Source: Isurus oxyrinchus (taxonomy: Eukaryota). From it: a stretch of 64,000 nucleotides of DNA. Shown here piece after piece: positions 1-14,440 of this stretch (its first letter is position 1; each line of letters starts with the position of its first letter). The notes beneath the pieces are model-generated. The model did not search any database. It was not told the origin of the DNA and saw only the letters and a list, made by a program, of their open reading frames with translations. A program made the translations under genes and the position numbers. Location of the stretch: the NCBI GenBank assembly GCA_026770705.1, contig JANJGN010000038.1, forward strand, positions 6,758,001 through 6,822,000, given 5' to 3'.

Positions 1-3000
1 GAAACAGGTTATGGGTTATTATAAACTGAGACAGTGTGTATTACAGTGAATACTGAAACAGGTTATGGGTTATCATAAACTGAGACAGTGTGTATTACAG
101 TGAATACTGAAACAGGTTATGGGTTATCATAAACTGAGACACAGTGTATTACAGTGAATACTGAAACAGGTTATGCGTTATTATAAACTGAGACAGTGTG
201 TATTACAGTGAATACTGAAACAGGTTATGGGTTATTATAAACTGAGACAGTGTGTTTTACAGTGAATACTGAAACAGGTTATGGGTTATTATAAACTGAG
301 ACAGTGTGTATTACAGTGAATACTGAAACAGGTTATGGGTTATCATAAACTGAGAAAGTGTGTATTACAGTGAATACTGAAACAGGTTATGGGTTATCAT
401 AAACTGAGACACTGTGTATTGCAGTGAATACTGAAACAGGTTATGGGTTATTATAAACTGAGACACTGTGTATTACAGTGAATACTGAAACAGTTTACGG
501 GTTATTATCAACTGAGACAGTATGTATTACAGTGAATACTGAAACAGGTGATGGGTTATTATAAACTGAGACAGTGTGTATTACAGTGAATACTGAAACA
601 GGTTATGGGTTACTATAAACTGAGACAGTGTGTATTACAGTGAATACTGAAACAGGTTATGATTTATTATAAACTGAGGCAGTGTGTATTACCGTGAATA
701 CTGAAACAGGTTATTGGTTACTATAAACTAAGATAGTGTGTTTTACAGTGAATACTGAATCAGGATATGGATTAATATAAACTGAGACAGTGTGTATTAC
801 AGTGAATACTGAAACAGGTTATGGGTTATTATAAACTGAGACAGTGTGTATTAAAGTGAATACTGATACAGGTTATGAGTTATTATAAACTGAGGCAGTG
901 TGTATTACAGTGAATAATGAAACAGGCTATGGGTTATTATAAACTGAGACAGTGTGTATTACAGTGAATACTGAAACAGGTTATGGGTTATTAAAAACTG
1001 AGACAGTGTGTATTACAGTGAATACTGAAACAGGTTATGGGTTATTATAAACTGAGGCAGTGTGTATTACAGTGAATACTGAAACAGGTTATAGGTTATC
1101 ATAAACTGAGATAGTGTGTATTACAGTGAATACTGAAACAGGTTATGGGTTATCATAAACTGAGACAGTGTGTATTGCAGTGAATACTGAAACAGGTTAT
1201 GGGTTATCATAAACTGAGACAGTGTGTATTACAGTGAATACTGAAACAGGTTATGCGTTATTATAAACTGAGACAGTGTGTATTACAGTGAATACTGAAA
1301 CAGGTTATGGGTTATTATAAACTGAGGCAGTGTGTATTACAGTGAATACTGCAACTGGTTATGGGTTATTATAAACTGAGACAGTGTATATTACAGTGAA
1401 TACTGAAACAGGTTATGGGTTATTATAAACTGAGACAGTGTGTATTACAGTGAATACTGAAACAGGTTATGGGTTATTATAAACTGAGACAGTGTGTATT
1501 ACAGTGAATACTGAAACAGGTTATGATTTATTATAAACTGAGACAGTGTGTATTACAGTGAATACTGAAACAGGTTATGGGTTATTATAAACTAAGATAG
1601 TGTGTATTACAGTGAATACTGAATCAGGATATGGGTTAATATAAACTGAGACAGTGTGTATTACAGTGAATACTGAAACACGTTATGGGTTATTATAAAC
1701 TGAGACAGTGTGTATTAAAGTGAATACTGATACAGGTTATGAGTTATTATAAACTGACGCATTGTGTATTACAGTGAAGAATGAAACAGGTTATGGGTTA
1801 TTATAAACTGAGACAGTGTGTATTACAGTGAATACTGAAACAGGTTATGGGTTATTAAAAACTGAGACAGTGTGTATTACAGTGAATACTGAAACAGGGT
1901 ATGGGTTATTATAAACTGAGACAGTGCGTATTACAGTGAATACTGAAACAGGTTATGGGTTATTATAAACTGAGACAGTGTGTATTACAGTGAATACTGA
2001 AACAGGTTATTGGTTATCATAAACTGAGACAGTGTGTATTACAGTGAATACTGAAACAGGTTATGGGTTATCATAAACTGAGACACAGTGTATTACAGTG
2101 AATACTGAAACAGGTTATGCGTTATTATAAACTGAGACAGTGTGTATTACAGTGAATACTGAAACAGGTTATGGGTAATTATAAACTGAGACAGTGTGTT
2201 TTACAGTGAATACTGAAACAGGTTATGGGTTATTATAAACTGAGACAGTGTGTATTACAGTGAATACTGAAACAGGTTATGGGTTATCATAAACTGAGAC
2301 AGTGTGTATTACAGTGAATACTGAAACAGGTTATGGGTTATCATAAACTGAGACACTGTGTATTACAGTGAATACTGAAACAGGTTATGGGTTATTATAA
2401 ACTGAGACATTGTGTATTACAGTGAATACTGAAACAGTTTACGGGTTATTATCAACTGAGACAGTATGTATTACAGTGAATACTGAAACAGGTGATGGGT
2501 TATTATAAACTGAGACAGTGTGTATTACAGTGAATACTGAAACAGGTTATGGGTTACTATAAACTGAGACAGTGTGTATTATAGTGAATACTGAAACAGG
2601 TTATGATTTATTATAAACTGAGGCAGTGTGTATTACCGTGAATACTGAAACAGGTTATTGGTTACTATAAACTAAGATAGTGTGTTTTACAGTGAATACT
2701 GAATCAGGATATGGGTTAATATAAACTGAGACAGTGTGTATTACAGTGAATACTGAAACAGGTTATGGGTTATTATAAACTGAGACAGTGTGTATTAAAG
2801 TGAATACTGAAACAGGTTATGGGTTATTAAAAACTGAGACAGTGTGTATTACAGTGAATACTGAAACAGGTTATGGGTTATTATAAACTGAGGCAGTGTG
2901 TATTACAGTGAATACTGAAACAGGTTATGGGTTATCATAAACTGAGATAGTGTGTATTACAGTGAATACTGAAACAGGTTATGGGTTATCATAAACTGAG

Positions 3001-6000
3001 ACAGTGTGTATTGCAGTGAATACTGAAACAGGTCATGGGTTATCATAAACTGAGACAGTGTGTATTACAGTGAATACTGAAACAGGTTATGGGTTATTAT
3101 AAACTGAGACAGTGTGTATTACAGTGAATACTGAAACAGGTTATGGGTTATTATAAACTGAGGCAGTGTGTATTACAGTGAATACTGCAACTGGTTATGG
3201 GTTATTATAAACTGAGACAGTGTATATTACAGTGAATACTGAAACAGGTTATGGGTTATTATAAACTGAGACAGTGTGTATTACAGTGAATACTGAAACA
3301 GGTTATGGGTAATTATAAACTGAGACAGTGTGTATTACAGTGAATACTGAAACAGGTTATGATTTATTATAAACTGAGACAGTGTGTATTACAGTGAATA
3401 CTGAATCAGGATATGGGTTAATATAAACTGAGACAGTGTGTATTACAGTGAATACTGAAACACGTTATGGGTTATTATAAACTGAGACAGTGTGTATTAA
3501 AGTGAATACTGATACAGGTTATGAGTTATTATAAACTGACGCATTGTGTATTACAGTGAAGAATGAAACAGGTTATGGGTTATTATAAACTGAGACAGTG
3601 TGTATTACAGTGAATACTGAAACAGGTTATGGGTTATTAAAAACTGAGACAGTGTGTATTACAGTGAATACTGAAACAGGGTATGGGTTATTATAAACTG
3701 AGACAGTGTGTATTACAGTGAATACTGAAACAGGTTACGGGTTATTATAAACTGAGACAGTGTGTATTACAGTGAATACTGAAACAGGTTATTGGTTATT
3801 ATAAACTGAGACAGTGTGTATTACAGTGAATACTGAAACAGGTTATGGGTTATTATAAACTGAGACAGTGTGTATTACAGTGATTACTGAAACAGGTTAT
3901 GGGTTATTATAAACTGAGACAGTGTGTATTGCAGTGAATACTGAAACAGGTTATGGGTTATTATAAACTGAGACAATGTGTATTACAGTGAATACTGATT
4001 CAGGTTATGGGTTATTATAAACTGAGGCAGTGTGTATTACAGTGAATACTGAAACAGGTTATGGGTTATTATAAACTGAGACAGTGTGTATTACAGTGAA
4101 TACTGAAACAGGTTATGGGTTATTAAAAACTGAGACAGTGTGTATTACAGTGAATACTGAAACAGGTTATGGGTTATTATAAACTGAGACAGTGCGTAGT
4201 ACAGTGAATACTGAAACAGGTTATGGGTTATTATAAACTGAGACTGTGTGTATTACAGTAAATACTGAAACAGGTTATGGGTTATCATAAACTGAGACAG
4301 TGTGTATTACAGTGAATACTGAAACAGGTTATGGGTTATCATAAACTGAGACACTGTGTATTACATTGAATACTGAAACAGGTTATGCGTTATTATAAAC
4401 TGAGACAGTGTGTATTACAGTGAATACTGAAACAGGTTATGGGTTATTATTAACTGAGACAGTGTGTATTACAGTGAATACTGAAACAGGTTATGGGTTA
4501 TTATAAACTGAGACAGTGTGTATTACAATGAATACTGAAACAGGTTATGGGTTATTATAAACTGAGACAGTGTGTATTACAGTGAATACTGAAACAGGTT
4601 ACGATTTATTATAAACTGAGACAGTGTGTATTACAGTGAATACTGAAACAGGTTATGGGTTATTATAAACTGAGACAGTGTGTATTACAGTGAATACTGA
4701 AACAGGTTATGGGTTATTATAAACTGAGACAGTGTGTATTACAGTGAATACTGAAACAGGTTATGATTTATTATAAACTGAGACAGTGTGTATTACAGTG
4801 AATACTGAAATAGGTTATGGGTTATTATAAACTAAGATAGTGTGTATTACAGTGAATACTGAATCAGGATATGGGTTAATATAAACTGAGACAGTGTGTA
4901 TTACAGTGAATACTGAAACACGTTATGGGTTATTATAAACTCAGACAGTGTGTATTAAAGTGAATACTGATACAGGTTATGAGTTATTATAAACTGACGC
5001 ATTGTGTATTACAGTGAAGACTGAAACAGGTTATGGGTTATTATAAACTGAGACAGTGTGTATTACAGTGAATACTGAAACAGGTTATGGGTTATTAAAA
5101 ACTGAGACAGTGTGTATTACAGTGAATACTGAAACAGGGTATGGGTTATTATAAACTGAGACAGTGTGTATTACAGTGAATACTGAAACAGGTTATGGGT
5201 TATTATAAACTCAGACAGTGTGTATTACAGTGAATACTGAAACAGGTTATTGGTTATTATAAACTGAGACAGTGTGTATTACAGTGAATACTGAACCAGG
5301 TTATGGGTTATTATAAACTGAGACAGTGTGTATTAAAGTGAATACTGAAACAGGTTATGGGTTATTAAAAACTGAGACAGTGTGTATTACAGTGAATACT
5401 GAAACAGGTTATGGGTTATTATAAACTGAGGCAGTGTGTATTACAGTGAATACTGAAACAGGTTATGGGTTATCATAAACTGAGATAGTGTTTATTACAG
5501 TGAATACTGAAACAGGTTATGGGTTATCATAAACTGAGACAGTGTGTATTGCAGTGAATACTGAAACAGGTTATGGGTTATCATAAACTGAGACAGTGTG
5601 TATTACAGTGAATACTGAAACAGGTTATGGGTTATTATAAACTGAGACAGTGTGTATTACAGTGAATACTGAAACAGGTTATGGGTTATTATAAACTGAG
5701 GCAGTGTGTATTACAGTGAATACTGCAACTGGTTATGGGTTATTATAAACTGAGACAGTGTATATTACAGTGAATACTGAAACAGGTTATGGGTTATTAT
5801 AAACTGAGACAGTGTGTATTACAGTGAATACTGAAACAGGTTATGGGTTATTATAAACTGAGACAGTGTGTATTACAGTGAATACTGAAACAGGTTATGA
5901 TTTATTATAAACTGAGACAGTGTGTATTACAGTGAATACTGAATCAGGATATGGGTTAATATAAACTGAGACAGTGTGTATTACAGTGAATACTGAAACA

Positions 6001-9000
6001 CGTTATGGGTTATTATAAACTGAGACAGTGTGTATTAAAGTGAATACTGATACAGGTTATGAGTTATTATAAACTGACGCATTGTGTATTACAGTGAAGA
6101 ATGAAACAGGTTATGGGTTATTATAAACTGAGACAGTGTGTATTACAGTGAATACTGAAACAGGTTATGGGTTATTAAAAACTGAGACAGTGTGTATTAC
6201 AGTGAATACTGAAACAGGGTATGGGTTATTATAAACTGAGACAGTGTGTATTACAGTGAATACTGAAACAGGTTATGGGTTATTATAAACTGAGACAGTG
6301 TGTATTACAGTGAATACTGAAACAGGTTATTGGTTATTATAAACTGAGACAGTGTGTATTACAGTGAATACTGAAACAGGTTATGGGTTATTATAAACTG
6401 AGACAGTGTGTATTACAGTGATTACTGAAACAGGTTATGGGTTATTATAAACTGAGACAGTGTGTATTGCAGTGAATACTGAAACAGGTTATGGGTTATT
6501 ATAAACTGAGACAATGTGTATTACAGTGAATACTGATACAGGTTATGGGTTATTATAAACTGAGGCAGTGTGTATTACAGTGAATACTGAAACAGGTTAT
6601 GGGTTATTATAAAATGAGACAGTGTGTATTACAGTGAATACTGAAACAGGTTATGGGTTATTAAAAACTGAGACAGTGTGTATTACAGTGAATACTGAAA
6701 CAGGTTATGGGTTATTATGAACTGAGACAGTGCGTAGTACAGTGAATACTGAAACAGGTTATGGGTTATTATAAACTGAGACTGTGTGTATTACAGTGAA
6801 TACTGAAACAGGTTATGGGTTATCATAAACTGAGACAGTGTGTATTACAGTGAATACTGAAACAGGTTATGGGTTATCATAAACTGAGACACTGTGTATT
6901 ACATTGAATACTGAAACAGGTTATGCGTTATTATAAACTGAGACAGTGTGTATTACAGTGAATACTGAAACAGGTTATGGGTTATTATTAACTGAGACAG
7001 TGTGTATTACAGTGAATACTGAAACAGGTTATGGGTTATTATAAACTGAGACAATGTGTATTACAGTGAATACTGATACAGGTTATGGGTTATTATAAAC
7101 TGAGGCAGTGTGTATTACAGTGAATGCTGAAACAGGTTATGGGTTATTATAAACTGAGACAGTGTGTATTACAGTGAATACTAAAACAGGTTATGTGTTA
7201 TTAAAAACTGAGACAGTGTGTATTACAGTGAATACTGAAACAGGTTATGGGTTATTATAAACTGAGACAGTGCGTATTACAATGAATACTGAAACAGGTT
7301 ATGGGTTATTATAAACTGAGACAGTGTGTATTACAGTGAATACTGAAACAGGTTATGGGTAATTATAAACTGAGGCAGTGTGTATTAGAGTGAATACTGA
7401 AAGAGGTTATGGGTTATTATAAACTGAGACAGTGTGTATTACAGTGAATACTAAAACAGGTTATGTGTTATTAAAAACTGAGACAGTGTGTATTACAGTG
7501 AATACTGAAACACGTTATGGGTTATTATAAACTGAGACAGTGCGTATTACAGTGAATACTGAAACAGGTTATGGGTTATTATAAACTGAGACAGTGTGTA
7601 TTACAGTGAATACTGAAACAGGTTATGGGTTATCATAAACTGAGACGCTATGTATTACAGTGAATACTGAAACAGGTTATGGGTTATCATAAACTGAGAC
7701 ACTGTGTATTACAGTGAATACTGAAACAGGTTATGGGTTATTATAAACTGAGACACTGTGTATTACAGTGAATACTGAAACAGGTTATGGGTTATTATAA
7801 ACTGAGATAGTATGTATTACAGTGAATACTGAAACAGGTTATGCGTTATTATAAACTGAGACAGTGTGTATTACAATGAATACTGAAACAGGTTATGGGT
7901 TATTATAAACTGAGACAGTGTGTATTACAGTGAATACTGAAACAGGTTATAATTTATTATAAACTGAGACAGTGTGTATTACAGTGAATACTGAAACAGG
8001 TTATGGGTTATTATAAACTGAGACAGTGTGTATTACAGTGAATACTGAAACAGGTTATGGGTTATTATAAACTGAGACAGTGTGTATTACAGTGAATACT
8101 GAAACAGGTTATGATTTATTATAAACTGAGACAGTGTGTATTACAGTGAATACTGAAATAGGTTATGGGTTATTATAAACTAAGATAGTGTGTATTACAG
8201 TGAATACTGAATCAGGATATGGGTTAATATAAACTGAGACAGTGTGTATTACAGTGAATACTAAAACACGTTATGGGTTATTATAAACTCAGACAGTGTG
8301 TATTAAAGTGAATACTGATACAGGTTATGAGTTATTATAAACTGACGCATTGTGTATTACAGTGAAGAATGAAACAGGTTATGGGTTATTATAAACTGAG
8401 ACAGTGTGTATTACAGTGAATACTGAAACAGATTATGGGTTATTAAAAACTGAGACAGTGTGTATTACAGTGAATACTGAAACAGGGTATGGGTTATTAT
8501 AAACTGAGACAGTGTGTATTACAGTGAATACTGAAACAGGTTATGGGTTATTATAAACTCAGACAGTGTGTATTACAGTGAATACTGAAACAGGTTATTG
8601 GTTATTATAAACTGAGACAGTGTGTATTACAGTGAATACTGAAACAGGTTATGGGTTATTATAAACTGAGACAGTGTGTATTACAGTGAATACTGAAACA
8701 GGTTATGGGTTATTATAAACTGAGACAATGTGTATTACAGTGAATACTGATACAGGTTATGGGTTATTATAAACTGAGGCAGTGTGTATTACAGTGAATA
8801 CTGAAACAGGTTATGGGTTATTATAAACTGAGACAGTGTGTATTACAGTGAATACTGAAACAGGTTATGGGTTATTCAAAACTGAGACAGTGTGTATTAC
8901 AGTGAATACTGAAACAGGTTATGGGTTATTATAAACTGAGACAGTGCGTATTACAGTGAATACTGAAACAGGTTATGGGTTATTATAAACTGAGACAGTG

Positions 9001-12000
9001 TGTATTACAGTGAATACTGAAACAGGTTATGGGTTATTATAAACTGAGACAATGTGTATTACAGTGAATACTGATACAGGTTATTGGTTATTATAAACTG
9101 AGGCAGTGTGTATTACAGTGAATACTGAAACAGGTTATGGGTTATTATAAACTGAGACAGTGTGTATTACAGTGAATACTAAAACAGGTTATGTGTTATT
9201 AAAAACTGAGACAGTGTGTATTACAGTGAATACTGAAACAGGTTATGGGTTATTATAAACTGAGACAGTGCGTATTACAATGAATACTGAAACAGGTTAT
9301 GGGTTATTATAAACTGAGACAGTGTGTATTACACTGAATACTGAAACAGGTTATGGGTTATTATAAACTGAGGCAGTGTGTATTAGAGTGAATACTGAAA
9401 GAGGTTATGGGTTATTATAAACTGAGACAGTGTGTATTACAGTGAATACTAAAACAAGTTATGTGTTATTAAAAACTGAGACAGTGTATATTACAGTGAA
9501 TACTGAAACAGGTTATGGGTTATTATAAACTGAGACAGTGCGTATTACAGTGAATACTGAAACAGGTTATGGGTTATTATAAACTGAGACAGTGTGTATT
9601 ACAGTGAATACTGAAACAGGTTATGGGTTATCATAAACTGAGACACTATGTATTACAGTGAATACTGAAACAGGTTATGGGTTATCATAAACTGAGACAC
9701 TGTGTATTACAGTGAATACTGAAACAGGTTATGGGTTATTATAAACTGAGACACTGTGTATTACAGTGAATACTGAAACAGGTTATGGGTTATTATAAAC
9801 TGAGATAGTATGTATTACAGTGAATACTGAAACAGGTTATGGGTTATTATAAACTGAGACAGTGTGTATTACAATGAATACTGAAACAGGTTATGGGTTA
9901 TTATAAACTGAGACAGTGTGTATTACAGTGAATACTGAAACAGGTTATGATTTATTATAAACTGAGACAGTGTGTATTACAGTGAATACTGAAACAGGTT
10001 ATGGGTTATTATAAACTAAGATAGTGTGTATTACAGTGAATACTGAATCAGGATATGGGTTAATATAAACTGAGACAGTGTGTATTACAGTGAATACTGA
10101 AACAGGTTATGGGTTATTATAAACTGAGACAGTGTGTTTTAAAGTGAATACTGATACAGGTTATGAGTTATTATAAACTGAGGCAGTGTGTATTACAGTG
10201 AATACTGAAACAGGCTATGGGTTATTATAAACTGAGACAGTGTGTATTACAGTGAATACTGAAACAGGTTATGGGTTATTAAAAACTGAGACAGTGTGTA
10301 TTACAGTGAATACTGAAACAGGTTATGGGTTATTATAAACTGAGATAGTATGTATTACAGTGAATACTGAAACAGGTTATGGGTTATTATAAACTGAGAC
10401 AGTGTGTATTACAATGAATACTGAAACAGGTTATGGGTTATTATAAACTGAGACAGTGTGTATTACAGTGAATACTGAAACAGGTTATGATTTATTATAA
10501 ACTGAGACAGTGTGTATTACAGTGAATACTGAAACAGGTTATGGGTTATTATAAACTAAGATAGTGTGTATTACAGTGAATACTGATTCAGGATATGGGT
10601 TAATATAAACTGAGACAGTGTGTATTACAGTGAATACTGAAACAGGTTATGGGTTATTATAAACTGAGACAGTGTGTATTAAAGTGAATACTGATACAGG
10701 TTATGAGTTATTATAAACTGAGGCAGTGTGTATTACAGTGAATACTGAAACAGGCTATGGGTTATTATAAACTGAGACAGTATGTATTACAGTGAATACT
10801 GAAACAGGTTATGGGTTATTAAAAACTGAGACAGTGTGTATTACAGTGAATACTGAAACAGGTTATGGGTTATTAAAAACTGAGACAGTGTGTATTACAG
10901 TGAATACTGAAACAGGTTATGGGTTATTATAAACTGAGATAGTGTGTATTACAGTGAATACTGAAACAGTTTATGGGTTATTATAAACTGAGACAGTGTG
11001 TATTACAGTGATTACTGAAACAGGTTATGGGTTATTATAAACTGAGACAGTGTGTTTTACAGTGAATACTGAAACAGGTTATGGGTTATTATAAACTGAG
11101 ACAATGTGTATTACAGTGAATACTGATACAGGTTATGGGTTATTATAAACTGAGGCAGTGTGTATTACAGTGAATACTGAAACAGTTTATGGGTTATTAT
11201 AAACTGAGACAGTGTGTATTACAGTGAATACTGAAACAGGTTATGGGTTATTAAAAACTGAGACATTGTGTATTACAGTGAATACTGAAACAGGTTATGG
11301 GTTATTATCAACTGAGACAGTGCGTATTACAGTGAATACTGAAACAGGTTATGGGTTATTATAAACTGAGACAGTGTGTATTACAGTGAATACTGAAACA
11401 GGTTATGGGTTATCATAAACTGAGACAGTGTGTATTACAGTGAATACTGAAACAGGTTATGGGTTATCATAAACTGAGACAGTGTGTATTACAGTGAATA
11501 CTGAAACAGGTTATGCGTTATTATAAACTGAGACAGTGTGTATTACAGTGAATACTGAAACAGGTTATGGGTTATCATAAACTGAGACAGTGTGTTTTAC
11601 AGTGAATACTGAAACAGGTTATGGGTTATTATAAACTGAGACAATGTGTATTACAGTGAATACTGATACAGGTTATGGGTTATTATAAACTGATGCAGTG
11701 TGTATTACAGTGAATACTGAAACTGGTTATGGGTTATTATAAACTGAGACAGTGTGTATTACAGTGAATACTGAAACAGGTTATGGGTTATTAAAAACTG
11801 AGACATTGTGTATTACAGTGAATACTGAAGCAGGTTATGGGTTATTATAAACTGAGACAGTGCGTATTACAGTGATTTATGAAACAGGTTATGGGTTATT
11901 ATAAACTGAGACAGTGTGTATTACAGTGAATACTGAAACAGGTTATGGGTTATCATAAACTGAGACAGTGTGTATTACAGTGAATACTGAAACAGGTTAT

Positions 12001-12240
12001 GGGTTATCATAAACTGAGACACTGTGTATTACAGTGAATACTGAAACAGGTTATGCGTTATTATAAACTGAGACAGTGTGTATTACAGTGAATACTGAAA
12101 CAGGTTATGGGTTATCATAAACTGAGACAGTGTGTATTACAATGAATACTGAAACAGGTTATGGGTTAATATAAACTGAGACAGTGTGTATTACAGTGAA
12201 TACTGAAACAGGTTATTGGTTATTATAAACTGAGGCAGCC
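1..12240. repeat. 54-bp tandem satellite (about 226 units, truncated by window start), unit = two related 27-mers
   Basis: Unit GAAACAGGTTATGGGTTATTATAAACT-GAGACAGTGTGTATTACAGTGAATACT. Register is kept from 1 to 11881 (220x54); variation is by substitution. Confidence 0.98.
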
Positions 12241-12960
12241 TCTATTACAGAAATTACCAATACAATATCTCTATTTATATAAACTGAGAAAGGTTATTTT
12301 GCAGTGATTATTGATACAAGGCATGGATTAATATAAACTGAGACTGGGTCTATTGCAGAGATTACTGATACATGCTATTGATTAACATAAACTGAGACAG
12401 GGTCTATTACAGTGATTACCAATACAAGGTCTATATTGATATAAAGTGTGTCAGGGTTTTTACAGGGATTACTGATACAAGGTATTGATTACTATCAACT
12501 GAGACAGGGTCTCTTGCAGTGATTACTAATACAATGTTTGCATTAATATAAACTAAGACAGGGTCTCTTTCAGTGGTTACTGATACAAGGTATGGATAAT
12601 ATCCACTTAGGCAGGGTTTATTACAGTGATTACTGATACAAAGTCTGTATTCATATGAACAGCGGCAGGGTCTAGTGTAGTGATTACTGGTAAACGGCCT
12701 AGATTAATATCAACTGCTACAGAACAGGATTGATACTGAGCCCTATTTAATAAAACTGAAGCGGGGCATAAAGCGATAATCTCTGACACAGCACGGAGTG
12801 TAAGTCAACCAGGGATAAATCTGGTGTGGAAACAATTGATGCAGGGCTTTGCGGCATATTGAGAGGGACAGAGAGTAATGCAGTTATAATTAATGCATAA
12901 CCTAGTGTAATATACAGAGAGATAGGGTTTAGTGTTACATCATTAGAAACATCTTACAGT
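12241..12960. repeat. Degenerate edge of the 27/54-bp satellite
   Basis: Progressively diverged units, e.g. AAACTGAGACAGGGTCTATTACAGTGATTAC. Confidence 0.85.
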
Positions 12961-13449
12961 GCAATATAATAAGTGTATTAATTTCGAATTAACATAAGCC
13001 CCAGCATCACTGATCCATTTGCCAGTGGAACAGCTTCTCCCTAAATATTCAAAAACATCCCTCACACGTTGGACCATTTCTGATAAACCTATACTCGTTG
13101 ATGAGGAGAGCAATCCCAGTTTTTTGTTGTGCAGAGAGTGAAGGGCAGTGCAAACTTAAGTTCCAGGAAATCTTCTGTCTTGTTACTTCGAAATTAGCAT
13201 TTAACAATCGTTGACACTGTTATATGGGGCCAATGGAAATAAAGTGCACTGTTACAACAGAGTCAGGCTAAGACACCGGGCTACAAGGCAATGGATCCCT
13301 TACAACTAAATTGATGTGTGTAAGACTGGAGCCTGCTCCTGAACTTTATATACATAGAACCAAATGCTATAATTTCAAAATAGCAACTGCAACATGTCCA
13401 GTGCCTTGCATTAGTGGCTCTCATACATGGACAGTAACCACTACTGAAC

Positions 13450-13550
13450 TGAAAACAGAAAGTGCTGGAAAGACTCAGCAGGTCTGGCAGGGTCTGAGGA
13501 GAGAGCAACAGAGTTAACGTTTCGATTCCATTTTGAGTTTATTCAGAGCC
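13450..13550 (-). mobile_element. Penelope-like element terminal fragment with degenerate hammerhead motif
   Basis: AAAGTGCTGGAAAGACTCAGCAGGTCTGGCAG...CAGAGTTAACGTTTCGA is the reverse complement of the terminus seen at 57371-57500 and 62736-62830. Confidence 0.6.
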
Positions 13551-13624
13551 ACAACTGCAGGTTTGAAGCATGGTCAGGTGGGTGATCATTCAGATGTGGC
13601 GATGGTAATGTCATCTCAGTCTTA

Positions 13625-14095
13625 GGGAGTAGCAGCATCGAGGTAAATTAACTGGGCTGGTAATACAGAGAAGATCATAAATGCTCCAGGGACACGATTT
13701 AAACGCCACGACGGCAGCTGGCGGGATTTCCATTCATTTCATTCACTAAAACCGAAACTGGAATAAAATTACTCATTGCATTAATAATCGAACAACCTCA
13801 TTGCCATGAAGTTGCAACTGGTTCACTAATGTCATTCGGGGAGGAAATCTTACCCTTACCAGCCTGGCCTACGTGAAGCTGGAGCCCCACAACAACGTGG
13901 TTGACTCTTAACGGCCCTTGGAATGGCCCAGAAGGCCATTTAGTTGGGTCAAAGCACTTCTTGGAATGTCAAGTAAGAGGCGCACGGCACAAACTGCAGC
14001 TGTTGAAGGTGTCGGCTCCCCGCCACCTTCTCAAGGGTACTTATCGCTGGACAGTTAAGGCTGGCCTTGTTTTCGACGTTCACAACAAAAAACAA
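13625..14095 (+). mobile_element. tRNA-derived shark SINE with LINE-type 3' tail
   Basis: Body (CTGGTTCACTAATGTC...GTGGTTGACTCTTAAC) recurs inverted at ~17.7-17.9 kb. Tail (CACCTTCTCAAGGG) is shared with 22.5, 49.1 and 52.9 kb. A-rich end. Confidence 0.65.
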
Positions 14096-14269
14096 ATAAA
14101 AACAACGGTCAAAGCTTTGTAAACTATTACGGATGCTCTCAATGTAAAGTAAGGCCAGAAAATCTGGAAACACTCAGCATCATTCTCCGCTGACACTATT
14201 TTACAGCGCAGGAGTATCCTGGACCAATACCTAATGCGCAACTAACATCACTAATAAACAGGTGATCTA

Positions 14270-14440
14270 GGCTTTTATTACATCTCTGTTGGTGGGAGCT
14301 TCCTGTGCACAAATTGCCTCCTGTAGTTCTAACGTGACACAAGAGATTGTAATTCGAAATAAGGTACATCAATGAGGTTAATGAGATATGTGATTTTGGA
14401 CCTCCTGAGATGGTGCAATGTGCTGTATAAACACCGAGTT
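14270..14440 (+). mobile_element. Old SINE 3' part (DeuSINE/SacSINE-like)
   Basis: TGTTGGTGGGAGCTTCCTGTGCACAAATTG...CCTGAGATGGTGCAATGTGCTGTATAAA; inverted relatives at 26.2 and 37.0 kb. Confidence 0.5.

Noticed and set aside
1-12240. Satellite as a CRISPR array or RSS array (GGTTATTAT nonamer-like; GACAGTG/TACAGTG heptamer-like)
   Set aside because: No unique spacers or cas genes, and the context is eukaryotic. Nonamer-heptamer distances are 7, 9 or 19 nt, not 12 or 23.
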